Source of the DNA: Squalus acanthias
Lineage: Eukaryota
Assembly: GCA_030390025.1 (NCBI GenBank)
Contig: CM059429.1
Location: 138,198,001 to 138,262,000, forward strand
DNA: 64,000 nucleotides
Direction: 5' to 3'
This document shows positions 50,387-63,044 of this stretch, piece after piece. Under the pieces are notes generated by a model that was given only the letters and a program-made list of their open reading frames with translations, ran no database searches and was not told where the DNA came from. Made by a program: the position numbers and the translations under genes. Position 1 is the stretch's first letter, and every line of letters starts with the position of its first letter.

Positions 50387-51446
50387 ACATAAGAACATAA
50401 GAATTAGGAGCAGGAGTAGGCCATACGGCCCCTCGAGCCTGCTCTGCCATTCAATAAGATCACGGCTGATCTTTGACCTCAACTCCACTTTCCCGCACCG
50501 ATCCCCATATCCCTTGACTCTCTTAAAGATTCCAAAAATCTGTCAATCTCTGTCTTGAATATACTCAACAACTGAGCATCCACAGCTCTCTGGGGTAGAG
50601 AATTCCAAAGATTCACAACCCTCTGCACAAAGAAATTTCTCCTCATCTCAGTGCTAAATGGCTGACCCCTTATCCTAAGACTATGGCCCCTAGTTCAAGA
50701 CTCTGCAGCCAGGGGAAACAGTCTTTCAGCATCTACCCTGTCAAGCCCTCTCAGAATCTTGTATGTTTCAATGAGATCACCTCACATTTCCCAGTCTCTC
50801 ACCTTTTTAAAAAATATTCTGGTTTTCTATTCTTGCTACCAAACTGAATAACCTTGCATTTCCCACATTATACTCCATCTGCACCTTCTTGCCTACTCAC
50901 TTAACCTGTTTATATCCTTTGCAGACTCTTTGTGTCCTCCTCACAGCTTACTTTCCCACCTAGCTTTGTATCATCTGCAAACTTGGATACATTACACTTG
51001 GTCCCTTCATCTAAGTCATTAATATAGATTGTAAATAGCTGAGGCCCCAACACTGATCCTGCGGCACCCCATTAGTAACAGCCTGCCTACCTGATAATGA
51101 CCCGTTTAGCCCTATTCTCTGTTTTCTGTCCTTTAACCAATGCTCTATCCATGCTAATATATTACATCCGACCCCATGAGCCCTTATCTTGTGTAACAAC
51201 CTTTCAAGTGGCACCTTATCGAATGCCTTTTGAAAATCCAAATATACTACATTCACTGGTTCCCCTTTATTTATCCTGCTAGTTACATCCTCAAAAAACT
51301 CGAATAAATTTGTCAAACACGATTTCCCTTTCATAAAACCATGTTGACTCTGCCTAATCCTATTATGATTTTCTAAGTGCCCTGTTGCCACTTCCTTAAT
51401 AATGGATTCCAACATTTTCCCGACGACTGATGTCAGGCTAACTGGC
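50387..51446 (-). mobile_element. CR1 3' portion with internal deletion
   Basis: PVSLTSVVGKMLE...YLDFQKAFDKVP...GVPQ; (ATAAGAAC)n tail at 50387. Confidence 0.88.
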
Positions 51447-52114
51447 ATTAGCATTCAGGAAAGTTTTTTTTTTTAAATGTACCTTTTTGGTGATGGTCCC
51501 AGCAGTCTCTTTAAGGACCGCTGGTTAGGCCGCATGTAGACTTGGTTATCATGAGGCAGAATACCCGTACAGACCAGCCCCATTTCGTAAGAGGTCTTGA
51601 AACAGGCGTTCAGCCCTCTAGTTGCATATGCAAAAAGACTTAATGCCTATTATTGGCATTAGCCCTGGACTCCTATACTTCAGCCTTTACCAATGGCGAA
51701 CTGCCACCAGCCCTATTGGATGCTTAGGCACCAGTTTTACGCCTGTAAAATGGGTGCGACCTCAATGAATTTCTCGGTCCATGAGTTTTCTAACACAAGA
51801 AAACATGAACACAAAAAAACGTTTGGTCCATCAAGCTTGTTCCTCACACAAAACATGTACAATTTCCCTATCTTGGGCACTAACCAGCCCATCATATCTC
51901 CTAACACCCTCAGAAGTAAATCCCAAAACATGCACAAAGAATTTATATAGGCTGGTGGATTTATATTCTGTATAACACTATGGGGTAAATTTTACAATTT
52001 AGCGGCGCTGGTGCGGTTTTGCATATGATGGAAAATTGCGCAGGTTGTGATCGGGCACTGTGACTACCACGCCCATGCTCCTGAGAAGCCATCGATCACT
52101 ATTGGCCAAGCTGA

Positions 52115-52375
52115 ATTGAATGCAATCAAGGAGTCTTGGAAGCATATGATCTGATGATGCAAGGATCGAAAAGGAAGTGATGGCTTGCATACAGAGAGCA
52201 AACATGTCCTTTGGTAGACCGTCCAAGCATGTCTGGAATCAGTGCAATATCAAAGTTGCCATTAATCTGAAGGTTTATGAGGCAGGTGTCCTTATCAATC
52301 TCCTGTATGGATGCAGAACACACACACTCTCTATAGACGGCACACTCAACAGCTAGAAAGGTTTCACCAAAGATA
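52115..52375 (+). mobile_element. RTE-clade LINE fragment
   Basis: KVYEAGVLINLLYGC...TLYRRHTQQLERFHQR resembles the RTE/BovB-type C-terminal region. Confidence 0.6.
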
Positions 52376-52515
52376 CATTTATATAGTGAAACCTAAAGTC
52401 ACATTCCAAATACTTTGCATTATGATGCTGGTAGTAGGGAATTTTACTCTTGATGAGAGTGGCCTGTGGGTTTATTATGAAGTTCAAAATATAAAGGTAT
52501 TTTAACAACCTATAA

Positions 52516-54883
52516 TTTTTTTTTATTCGTTTATGGGTTGTGGGTGTCACTAGCAAGGCCAGCATTTATTGCCCATCCCTAATTGCCCTTGAGAAGGTGG
52601 TGATGAGCTACCTTCTTGAACCACTGCAGTCCACGTGGTGAAGGTACTCCCACAGTGCGGTTAGGGAGGGAGTTCCAGTATTTTGACCCAGCGACGATGA
52701 AGGATCGGCGATATACTTCTCAGTCAGGATGGTGTGTGACTTGGAGGGAAACTTGGAGGTGGAGGTGTTCCCATGCGCCTGCTGCCCTTGTCCTTCTAGG
52801 TGGAAGAGGTCGCGGGTTTGGGAGGTGCTGCTGAAGAAGCCTTGGCGAGATGCTGCAGTGCATCTTGTAGATGGTACACACTGCAGCCGCGGTGCGCAGG
52901 TGGTGGAGGGAGTGAATGTTTAAGGTGGTGGATGGGGTGCCAATCAAGCGGGCTGCTTTGTCCTGGATGGTGTCGAACTTCTTGAGTGTTGTTGGAGCAG
53001 CATTCATCCAGGCAAGTGGAGAGTATTCCATCACACTCCTGACTTGTGCCTTGTAGATGGTGGAAAGGCTTTGGAGAGTCAGGAGCTGAGACACTCGCCG
53101 CAGAATACCTAGCCTCTGACCTGCTCTTGTTGCCACAGTATTTATGTGGCTGGTCCAGTTAAGTTTCTGGTCAATGGTGTAAGGGATACTCTCCTGACCC
53201 TGCGTGTCTCGTAACCTGTGAGGTTCACGCGGCTCTGTGCAGCCTGGATGTCAGTGCGGGTCTAGGCCTGGTCTCCAGCCAGTCTGGGAACACTAGACAC
53301 CCCTGTGAGTGGTTCGAATCACTCTCCCTTACGGTTCTAGACACTGGACTTAGATGCGAGAGCAGTAATGGAGATAAAACTCATGTAGACTTGGTTTGAA
53401 CGGTACGAAATGGAAAATCTTTATTGCATGATACTTAAAATTATGAAATACATGTCATATGCACAGATTAATGACAGTACAATCTTACAAACAGTTATAA
53501 TCACTCTTAGGGAAACGAGGAACGACCAGCACAACGTAAATAGGGCACACATTACAAATATCCTTAAACTTTAAACCCTCCCCTATCAATAACTATCCTA
53601 AAACTAGCTTCGTAGGACCTCGAGACTCATGCTCACCACTCGTAATAACTCGGAGAAATCCCGAATAGCTGATCGGATGTTTTTCACCGCAGCACCCACG
53701 TGTTGGTCAGGAGATCTCCTAGTCCCACTTGTTTACTGCTTCTGCTGCTCGGTCAGTCGGCTGGACCGTCCGCTGTAGTGAAGACCTCTGTTGGTTGGAT
53801 ACAGGGTATGGTGGAGCACCGTTGTCAATATTGCTGATACGATGTGTTTGCACAGTCCAGTTATCATCGATGCAATATGTCTTGTTAAAGAAGAAAACTT
53901 CCTGTCGAGAAGACTTGGCTGATCGACCTACAGGCGCGGTCGGGATTTACTGACCGTGGCGATGGATAAGGTCTTCTTCTCTTCTCCTCTCATCTCATCT
54001 CATCTCATCTCATCTCATCCCGGGCCTTCGGTTCCGCTGCCAGCTACCAACATAGGTCTTTGCAACAGTCTTTTACCCAGGAGCAGCCACGATGATAACA
54101 GCAACAAGCGGCAAGAGTCAAGAACACGAGGCAAGAGCAAGAGGCCAGAGCAAGAATCAAGAGAGCGAATGGACGGTTTGGGGCCTGCAATTATAGTGCA
54201 CAGTTCTTCCGTTTCCCGCCCAACTACAATGTCCATTCTTTTGTTTAAGGTTTGGCGCCCAAAAAGTCCTGTATGGGTGATCTCTGTCCTTAATGGGTTT
54301 CGGGGCTACTCCTGAATGTTTGAGTACCTGTTAATATTTCTCCCATTGTTAAATCGGTCGGTGTTCCCCCTGGAGGGGTTTGGGGCTTCCAAGTGTCCTG
54401 TATAACTACCTGCTAACGGCTCTCTCATCGTAGAGCCGTTGGGAGTTTACATACTAATGTCCTTTGGATGGGCCCTTGATGGCTTTCCTTTGTACCTGGG
54501 AGACCGATTCCAGTATCGATGTTTATACTGTAAACCCATAATGTCCTGTGTATTGTCTTCACTGTGCTGAATCGTTATCGATCTTGCAAGAAAATGTTTA
54601 TTGGAACGCCATCTTGTCTGCCTGCTGAAAAGTCTAGAATATTCTGTCACGCGGTGCGGCGGCCATTTTACAGGCTGCTTGTGTCCAATTTAAACCTGAC
54701 AGCATTCCGCTGAAATAAAAGCTGTTTTGAACGAAACTTTGTGTTTTCTCCTTATTAAAAATGAAATCGCGATAATTGCGAATTCTACAATGGTGCCCCC
54801 CCAGGATGTTGATGGTGGGGGATTTGGCGATGGTAATGCTATTGAATGTCAAGGGGCGATGGTTAGACTCTCGCTTGTTGGAG
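52516..54883 (-). mobile_element. CR1-group LINE 3' fragment (52516-53177 and 54790-54883) split by a solo LTR
   Basis: ATRAGQRLGILRRV...; tggtcaatgg|tg.cccc continuity across the insert. Confidence 0.88.
53178..54789 (-). mobile_element. Solo LTR, 1612 bp (Gypsy or ERV)
   Basis: TG...CA termini (TGTAAG / TTCTACA); ATGG TSD at 53174-53177 and 54790-54793. Minus-strand TATAAT 54195-54190 and AATAAA 53425-53420. Confidence 0.88.
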
Positions 54884-56311
54884 TAAATATGAAATAATGA
54901 AAGTCCTGATGTAAATATGAAATAATGGTTTCCTTTGATATTGGGAATTATAATAAGTAATCCCTGGCACATTTGGTAATGTACTGCTCAAAGCCCCAAA
55001 CTGTCGAGATCCAGGGAGGTCCCGGGTTTGACCTGCAGTCTTTGCTGAGTTAGCTGATCTCAGCCGGGGAGGCTGTAAAGGAGACCTCAGTGGGCATCAC
55101 TTCTCCCAATCTAGTGAGCAGCCAGGATTCCCACTCTTGAGCTGGAAATTTCACTGTCCGACGCGCTGGCAGTGGGGGAGTCCTGGAGCCCATGGGGAAC
55201 CCGGATATTTCAGCAGTGCGTTTGTCAGTAGCTTTTTAACCCAGCCACTGCATTAGCACCTGACTTCCGGGTTTCCCGACCAATTAACGCGAGCGGGTGC
55301 GATGATGTCATGCATGGGTCTGTTTCAGCTGAACTATTTAAAGGGACCCTGCAAAGATAAAAGTTGAAGGATTGTCCAGGTGGGGCAACAGAGGAAACAA
55401 CTGCATTAATGGAGTCCCAATGTGGCATGGCTGCACCTCACTGAACTGATGCTTCCCTAGAGCTGATGCTGCGTTCTGTAAGGGCCCACAGGGAGATTCT
55501 CTTCCCAAGCCGACTCCAGCACATCACTCCTCTTACATACTTAACCTTGCAGGTGCACCCATTCCTATCTGTCCAGGCTCCTAAAGTGCATCTTCAGCAT
55601 TCCGATTGCTTGCTCGATGGCAGTTCGTGTGGTCATGTGGCTTTAATTGTATCTCTCCTGCGCCTCATTGTTTGGGCTCCTAACGAGTGTCATCAGCCAC
55701 GTCTCCAAGGAGCCAGCCAATAACTCTGCTTTGAGGTCCGAAGAGCTCTGGGAGGCTGGACTGGCACAGGATGAAAGCATCGTGGCAGCTGCCTGGGAAT
55801 GTTGCACATACCTGCATGATGATCTTTTTCTGGTTGCATACGAGCTGAACATTGGAGTAGAAGCCCTTGTGTTTGATAAAGACTCCAGGGTGATCTGGGG
55901 GCGCCTTGATTGCCACATATGTTTAATCGTTGACTCTCTGGACCTGTGGGAAGCCAGCCAGAGCCACAAAGCCGAGCAATCGCTCATTCGGACTGGCCTC
56001 ATCGGTTGCACATAATTGCCCACCCTGACAAACATGGCATCGGTCACCTGAGTGATGCATTTGTGGGCAGCAGATTGCGAGATTCTGCCGATATCTCCTG
56101 CAGACCCCTGGAAGGAGCCAGAGGCGAAGAAATTGAGGGCGGTGGTGACTTTAACAGCCACTGGCAAAGCGTGCCCACCAGTTCCGCTTGGCAGGAGGTC
56201 TTCTTCCAGGAGGCCGCAAATGTCTGTGACCACCTGGCGCGATACTCTGAGCCTCCTGAGGCACTGGTATTCCGACATGGCCAGGAAGCTGATCCTCTGC
56301 CTATATACTAG

Positions 56312-56532
56312 ATATGATGTGGAGATGCCGGTGTTGGACTGGGGTGGACAAAAGTGAGAAGTCGCACAACACCAGGTTATAGTCCAACAGTCGTCTGGCA
56401 TTGTTCTCTGACTATTTATGCTGTGCCCATATGTATTTCTTCACTTCACCTGACGAAGGAGCAGCGCTCCGAAAGCTTGTGATTTCAAATAAAGCTGTTG
56501 GACTATAACCTGGTGTTGTGCGACTTCTCACT
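56312..56532 (+). mobile_element. Penelope terminal fragment with inverted 5' part
   Basis: 38-bp perfect inverted repeat (agtgagaagtcgcacaacaccaggttatagtccaacag, 56353-56390 vs 56495-56532); target duplication TATATACTAG. Confidence 0.82.
56446..56482 (+). ncRNA. Minimal type-I hammerhead ribozyme motif
   Basis: UCAC-CUGACGA-A-GGAGC(AGC)GCUCC-GAAA-GCUU-GUGA: stem I UCAC/GUGA, 5-bp stem II, intact core, palindromic AAGCUU in place of stem III. Confidence 0.75.
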
Positions 56533-58079
56533 TATATACTAGGTGTGGGGGGTATATACTAGGTGTGGGGGGTATCGCCTCCTGCGAGCTGCACCCCTGT
56601 GCTCATCCCCTCTCTCCTGTGGAGCGGCAGGTCGGTGAGGAGAAGGCTGCTGCTGCTCCTGCTGGTGCTTCTCTGCTGCTGGTGCTGTTGCTGCTGCTGC
56701 TCATCTTGGTCCTCATCTGAGGTCCAAGGTAAAGCTGCATAAGTGGCACCCACGCTGAACTGATGCTTGACAGATGGGAAGTGTAGATCAGACTCACAAA
56801 AATCCAAGGTAACAGAAATGACCTCAAGTCGTGGAAATCAGCTGCGAAGTAGTGACAGCTCACTCTCTGAACAAGTCCTGTGAGCAAAAGCCTTTCACTT
56901 CGGCAAGGAAGCAGGTGTGAGGTCTGAGTAATTATAGGATTGTTTGCCTGTCATTTGGTCAGCCCCCTCAATTCGCACTGTCATCGCGCCTTGTTTTCAC
57001 TGGCGAGTTCCAGGAAGCCCGGAAAACCTGTGCACTCAGAGTTAAAGCCCAAATCTGCTGTTAAAACAGCTCCTAATTGCCTCTTAATATCTTTCAATTG
57101 CCAACCGGCCTCTCCCATGGGGGTTTCTCGCAAACAGCCAAAAGCGCTGCAGTTAAAAGCGGAAGTCGGCGGATGCGAGTCGGCTTCCCGACCCGCTGCC
57201 GGTTTCTTCCCTTTTAACCACCCGCCCGCTCCCAAACACTTTTTTTAGGTAAAAATTCCTCCCTTGATCACAATCCACTGCTGTGGGAATGTGCAGGACA
57301 GGATCAAACTCTGCTGTGATGTCAATAATCCCTGTCTACTATATGAAGAATGTTCACATGGGTGAGATACTGCAGTGCTGTGAGTAACCTTGGAACTCGA
57401 CCCCCTCCCCCAGCATGAGACAAGGGGAGACAATTACAAGAATAAATAGAATCAAGTTCAAGGAAAATGATTTCTATCAGAACTGTCAAGAGAGCTCAGT
57501 TGGTGAGAACAGTTTTGCTTAATAATTTAACTTTTGGGGGCACGGACCAGGAATATTTAATTCTTGCTGGCTGATTTATTTGTTTATTTCAACAGTAAGT
57601 TCAAATAGTGAGCTTGATGTGTTTCTTAAATCAATCCTTTGATAAATTTTCAGTTCTGTCTTGCTTTGGAAAATGCAGGATGAATAATGACTTCAGTGTT
57701 TATTTAAGCAATAACAAGTCACCAAGGATTGAGTGCACATAGCAATAAATGTTCAGGTACAGTGAAATGATTCTCCATCTATTCTTTGGTATTGTGCTTT
57801 GTGCAGTTGTATTCATATTTGTAGCTTAGAAAAAGAGGGAATAAAATGACTGCCATATCAGCAAGCTGCATGGGCATGGGAATATATACATGGTTTTCTT
57901 TTACGAGTAAGGTTTCTACATATAGTTCTTGTAGAATAAAATGTGAATTTGGTAGCAGTTAACTCTTTCCTTTGAAATTCATGTTGAGGATATAACTGAA
58001 ACCTCTGACAGAAATTTAACCTAGAAACTTGAGTCTATATTCCCTGCTCGGGCACAGCCTGACTTTCTGATTCACATCA

Positions 58080-58251
58080 TCTCAGTCCCCAGACCCTAAA
58101 TCACCACCTCGTTCCCAGACCCTAAATCACCTCGGTCCCCAGACCCTAAATCACCTCGGTCCCCAGACCCTAAATCACCTCGGTCCACAGACTCTAAATC
58201 ACCTCGGGTCCCCAGACCCTAAATCACTTCGGGCCCCAGACCCTAAATCAC
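58080..58251 (+). repeat. 24-bp minisatellite, left block
   Basis: About 7 copies of CCTCGGTCCCCAGACCCTAAATCA. Confidence 0.9.
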
Positions 58252-60819
58252 TTTTTTTTAAATTATTCATCCTGGGATGTGGGTGTCGCTGGCAAAGCCA
58301 GCATTTATTGCCCATCCCTAGTTGCCCTTGAGAAGGTGGTGGTGAGCCGCCGCCTTGAACCGCTGCAGTCCACGTGGTGAAGGTACTCCCACAGTATCTG
58401 TTAGAGAGGAAGTTCCAGGGTTTTGTCCCAGCGATTATGAAGGAATGGCAATATATTTCCAAGTCAGGATGGTGTGTGACTTGGAGGGGAATTTGGAGGT
58501 GATGGTGTTCCCATGCGTCTGCTGCCCTTGTCCTTCTAGGTGGTAGAGGTCGTGGGTTTGGGAGGTGCTGTTGAAGAAGCCTTGGCGAGTTGCTGCATTG
58601 CATCTTGTAGATGGTACACACTGCGGCCACGTTGCGCCGGTGGTGGAGGGAGTGAATGTTTAAGGTGGTGGATGAGATGCTAGCCAAGTGTGCTGTTTTG
58701 TCCTGGATGGTGTCTGGCTTCTTGTGTTGGAGCTGCACTCATCCAGGCAAGTGGAGAGTATTCCATCACACTCCTGTGCCTTGTAGATGGTGGAAAGCCT
58801 TTGGGGAGTCCGGAGGTGAGACACTCGCCGCAGAATACCCAGCCTCTGACCTGCTCTTGTAGCCACAGTATTTATGTGGCTGGTCCAGTTAAGTTTCTGG
58901 TCAGTGGTGACCCCCAGGATGTTGATGGGGGATTCGGCGATAGTAATGCCATTGAATGTCGAGAGGCGGTGGTTAGACGCTCTCTTGTTGGAGATAGTCA
59001 TTTCCTGGCACTTAAGTGGCAAGTAAATTTCGCGCCACACATCAGCTCAAGCCTGAATGTCATCCAGGTTTTGTTGCATGCGGGCATGGACTGCTTCATT
59101 ATCTGAGGAGTTGCGAATGGAACTGAACGCTGTGCAATTATCAGTGATCGTCCCCACTTCTGACCTTATGATTGAGGGAAGGTCATTGATGAAGCAGCTG
59201 AAGATGGTTGGGCCTAGGACACTGCCCTGAGGAACTCCTGTAGCGATGTCCTGGGGCTGTGATGATTGGCATCCAACCACCACAACCATCTTACTTTATG
59301 CTAAGTATGACTCCAGCCAGTGGAGAGTTTTCCCCCTGATTCCCACTGACTTCAGTTTTACTAGGGCTCCTTGATGCCACACTCAGTCAAATACTGCCTT
59401 GATGTCAAGGGCAGTCACTCTCACCTCACCTCTGGAATTCAGCTCTTTTGTCCATATTTGGACCAAGGCTGTAATGAGGTCGGGAGCCGAGTGGTCCTGG
59501 CGGAACCCAAACTGAGCATCGGTGAGCAGGTTATTGGTGAGTAAGTGCTGCTTGATAGCACTGTCAACGACACCTTCCATCACTTTGCTGATGATTGAGA
59601 GTAGACTGATTGGGCGGTAATTGGCCGGATTGGATTTGTCCTGCTTTTTCTGGACTGGTCATGCCTGGGCAGTTTTCCACATTGTCGGGTAGAAGCCAGT
59701 GTTGTAGCCGTACTGGAACAGCTTGGCTAGAGGTGCGGCTAGTTCTGGAGCGCAAGCCTTTAGCACGACAGCCGGTTATTGTCGGGGCCCATAACCTTTG
59801 CTGTATCCAATGCGTTCAGCCGTCTCTTGATATCACGTGGACTGAATCGAATTGGGTGAAGACTGGCTTCTGTGATGATGAGGACCTCAGGAGGAGGCCG
59901 AGATGGATCATCCACTCGGCACTTCTGGCTGAAAATGGTTGTCTTTTGCACTCGTGCTGTGCTGGGCTCCGCCATCTTGAGGATGGGGATGTTCATGGAG
60001 CCTCCTCCTCCCATCAGTTTAATTGTCCACCACCATTCACGACAGGACTGCAGAGCTTTGATCTGATCCGTTGGTTGTGGGATCACTTAGCTCTGTCTAT
60101 AGCATGCTGCTTCTGTTGTTTAGCATGTATGTAGTCTTGTGTTGCAGTTTTCCCAGGTTGGCACCTCATTTTTAGGCATGCCTGGTGCTGCTCCTGGCAT
60201 GTTCTACTACACTCTTCATTGATCCAGGGTTGGTCACCTGGCTTGATGTTAATGGTAGAGTGAGGGATATGCAGGGCCATGAGGTTACAGATTGTGGTGG
60301 AACACAATTCTGCTGCTGCGGAAGGCCCACCGCGCCTCATGGATGTCCAGTTTTGAGCTGCTAGATCTGTTCTGAATCTATCCCATTTAGCACGGTGGTA
60401 GTGCCACACAACACGATGGAGGGTGTCCTCTGTGTGAGGACGGGACTTCCTCTCCTCAAGGACTGCGGTGGTCACTGCTACCAGTACTGTCATGGATAGA
60501 TGCATCTGCGACAGGTAGATTGGTGAGGACGAGGTCAAGTAGGTTTTTCCCTCGTGTTGGTTCTCTCACCACCTGCCACAGGCCCAGACTGGCAGCTATG
60601 TCCTTCAAGACTCGGCCAGCTCGGTCAGTAGTGATAATCAGCAGGATGTTTCCTTGCCCATGTTTGACCTGATGCCATTAGACTTCATGGGGTCCGGAGT
60701 CAATGTTGAGGACTCCCAGGGCCACTCCCTCCTGATTGTATACCACTGTGCCGCCACCTCTGGTGGGTCTGTCCTGCCGGTGGGACAGGACATACCCAGG
60801 GATAGTGATGGAGGAGTCT
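58252..60819 (-). mobile_element. CR1-group LINE (endonuclease to 3' end, decayed) inserted in the minisatellite
   Basis: WHYHRAKWDRFRTDL, QFGFRQDHSAPDL, ALDIKAVFD, GVPQGSVLGP; poly(A) end at 58252. Confidence 0.9.
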
Positions 60820-61050
60820 GGTCCCCAGGCCCTAAATCACCTCGGTCCCCAGACCCTAAATCACCTTATTCCCCAGGCCCGAAATCACCTTATTCTCCAG
60901 GCCCGAAATCACCTCAGTCCCCAGGCCAGAAATCACCTTATTCCCCAGATCCTGCTCAGGCTCACCCTGACTCTCTGATTCACATCACCTCAAGCCCAGA
61001 CCCTGCTCAGGCTTAGCCCAACACAGTGATTCACATTATCTCAGCCCCAG
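60820..61050 (+). repeat. 24-bp minisatellite, right block, grading into longer ~50-bp units
   Basis: ggtccccaggccctaaatcac / ccttattccccaggcccgaaatca variants. Confidence 0.85.
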
Positions 61051-61699
61051 CACGATTCAATTTTTAAATTCAGGATGCCACGCTTTCTTTAAATAATATT
61101 TTTTCCTTTTACCCTTTCTTTGCTATCTCCACACCACACACCATCATCAGCGAAGAATCAGTGAGCCATCGCGCATTGTGAATAACTGGAATTTTAATGT
61201 TATTTAAAGCAAGGATTAAAATTTAGGTTCCCAGAATGAGAGTTGAAGCCATTAGTTCTCCATTTACTCCTCTCACCTCTTTAGGTTTGTGATATGAGTT
61301 TTATTTGTATTACTTAGCATGAATAAAATTATCTTCTGATATTTGGGCACTCTCACTCCATGTGGAGAGCTCTTTCTATTTACACTTTAACCAATGCAAG
61401 ACAAATCTCAATCATTTTTGTCTCATGTAGTTCCTGAAATCACACTTTAATTGCTGTCTGTTTAGCCTGTCGTTTAGAAAATTCCAATCACAATGTTGAT
61501 TGAGACAGGAGAGTAAGTGGGCAGTGTCGGACATTTGTTATCATGCATTCCTCACTAAAGCTCCTGTAGTTGCTCAGTGAGTTTGACCAATGAATAGCAG
61601 AGCCACACAGACCCATTTGATCCTCATCTGAACTAATTGATGATGCATTTATACCACAAGTTTTCACACTGACTCTAAACTTGTGCAGTGTAAATTGGA

Positions 61700-61934
61700 T
61701 ATTAAGGCCCAAATAACAACAGAAAACGCTGGAAAAACTCAGCAGGCCAGGCAACATCCGTGGAGAGAGAAACAGAATTAACGTTTCAGATCGGAACTGA
61801 TTTCGTCCTGAAACGTTAACTCTGTTTCTCCCTCCACGGATGTTGCCTGGCCTGCTGAGTTTTTCCAGCGTTTTCTGTTGTTATTTCGGATTTCCAGCAT
61901 CCGCAGTATTTTGCTATCGTATTAAGGCCCAAAT
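61700..61934. mobile_element. Palindromic Penelope-derived insertion with 15-bp TSD
   Basis: TATTAAGGCCCAAAT at 61700-61714 and 61920-61934; ~79-bp inverted arms 61711-61789 and 61808-61886. Confidence 0.85.
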
Positions 61935-62122
61935 TGACTCCGGATGCAAAATTGAATGAGACACCCTCGTCTCACTCTGCTTGATCCTGACTTTCGATTT
62001 AAGCGGTATTTCTAATTGTAGTGTCAGTGCGAAGCGAAACCAGTTATAACTAGAAATCAGGCTGTTGTAGTGTGAATGCACCCGTGGCAGATTTCAACCA
62101 GGGTTGATGTAGGGATATCACA

Positions 62123-62213
62123 ACCGACGAAAGGTCATCGACCTGAAACGTGAACTCTGTTTCTCGCTCCACAGATGCTGCCTGAACTGCTGAGTATTTC
62201 CAGCATTTTCTGC
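62123..62213 (+). mobile_element. Penelope terminal fragment with degenerate hammerhead
   Basis: ccgacga-a-aggtc(atc)gacct-gaaacgtg; core and cleavage triplet mutated. Confidence 0.65.
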
Positions 62214-62642
62214 CGTTAAGACCCTTGGTTTACCCAGTGGCCCTTGCTAGAAGTATTTGTGCGTGCACGTGCTCATGTGTGTGTGCATGAGAGACAGGTT
62301 AGGACAGGATTGAACTTGGTTGCAGTGCTGCCCACAGTCAGTGTTCACAGTGAGTGTTCACACATGAATAACAATCACTTAGTCGAGGCACTGGATGCCA
62401 GCAGCCATGGAACAGCTCTCCAGCAGGGTGTTAGCACCTTCAGGAGAAGAGAGAGGAGAAAATTGGACAGAGGAAAAAATGTGTATTCCTCACCACCTTT
62501 TAAGTCAACTACTTGAAGACAGAATCTGATATTAGATTGAAGTAATATTTACATCAGGGAGAAACTGTGCATCACTCACGAAGTTTGAATGGGCAGAATT
62601 TTATATCTTTTTTTAAAGCCTGCATCAAAATTTGTATTGATA

Positions 62643-62749
62643 GGGGTTGAGTTTCTGTGGGGATTTTCCCAATCACCTGCCGTAACTTTGGCGGAAGATC
62701 CCCAGAAACCCCGGAGAAACAACGTAAACTCCCACAGAAATTCAGCCAC
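62643..62749. mobile_element. Small hairpin MITE
   Basis: ggggttgagtttctgtggg ... cccacagaaattcagccac inverted ends. Confidence 0.55.
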
Positions 62750-63044
62750 AGTGTTCTTACTGTCATCTTCACCAAGTTGATCATCATGCACCATTCCTCC
62801 TCTTAACAAAATAACAGCTACCTCAATCCAATTGCCAGTGAGCCATGGGCAAAGTTGCACAAAATAAAGCGTCAATTATCAACAAATTGAAAGTCTACCT
62901 TTTATAGTAGCACTTCATATACTTCGATTGATTTATCAACTGGTGATAAAATAGTCTTAACTCCTCAAATAAACCAGTCTTCAAAAAATTATGCTAGCTG
63001 ACTTCTAGTTAAGATCAGTCCTGTGTACTGGTTAAAAATCGTAA

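Larger units (their letters stand above)
55565..56753 (-). pseudogene. Harbinger DDE transposase, frameshifted, interrupted by Penelope, C-terminus deleted
   Basis: [88 protein letters not shown]. Confidence 0.88.
55140..57263 (-). mobile_element. PIF/Harbinger element E: transposase (-) and short Myb 5' remnant (+), inserted in a SINE
   Basis: TTG TSD at 55137-55139 and 57264-57266; ends AGCTGGAAATTT / AAAATTCCTCCC. Myb remnant MESQCGMAAP..TDASLELMLRSVRAHREILFPS at 55409-55510. Confidence 0.8.

Noticed and set aside
50146-51780. Single Harbinger MITE split by the CR1 at 50387-51446
   Set aside because: The flanks look Harbinger-like and ATG occurs at both ends, but the putative TIRs match poorly, so I did not call it.
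62123-62155. Second functional hammerhead
   Set aside because: Core is CCGACGA instead of CUGACGA and the cleavage triplet is GUG; predicted inactive.
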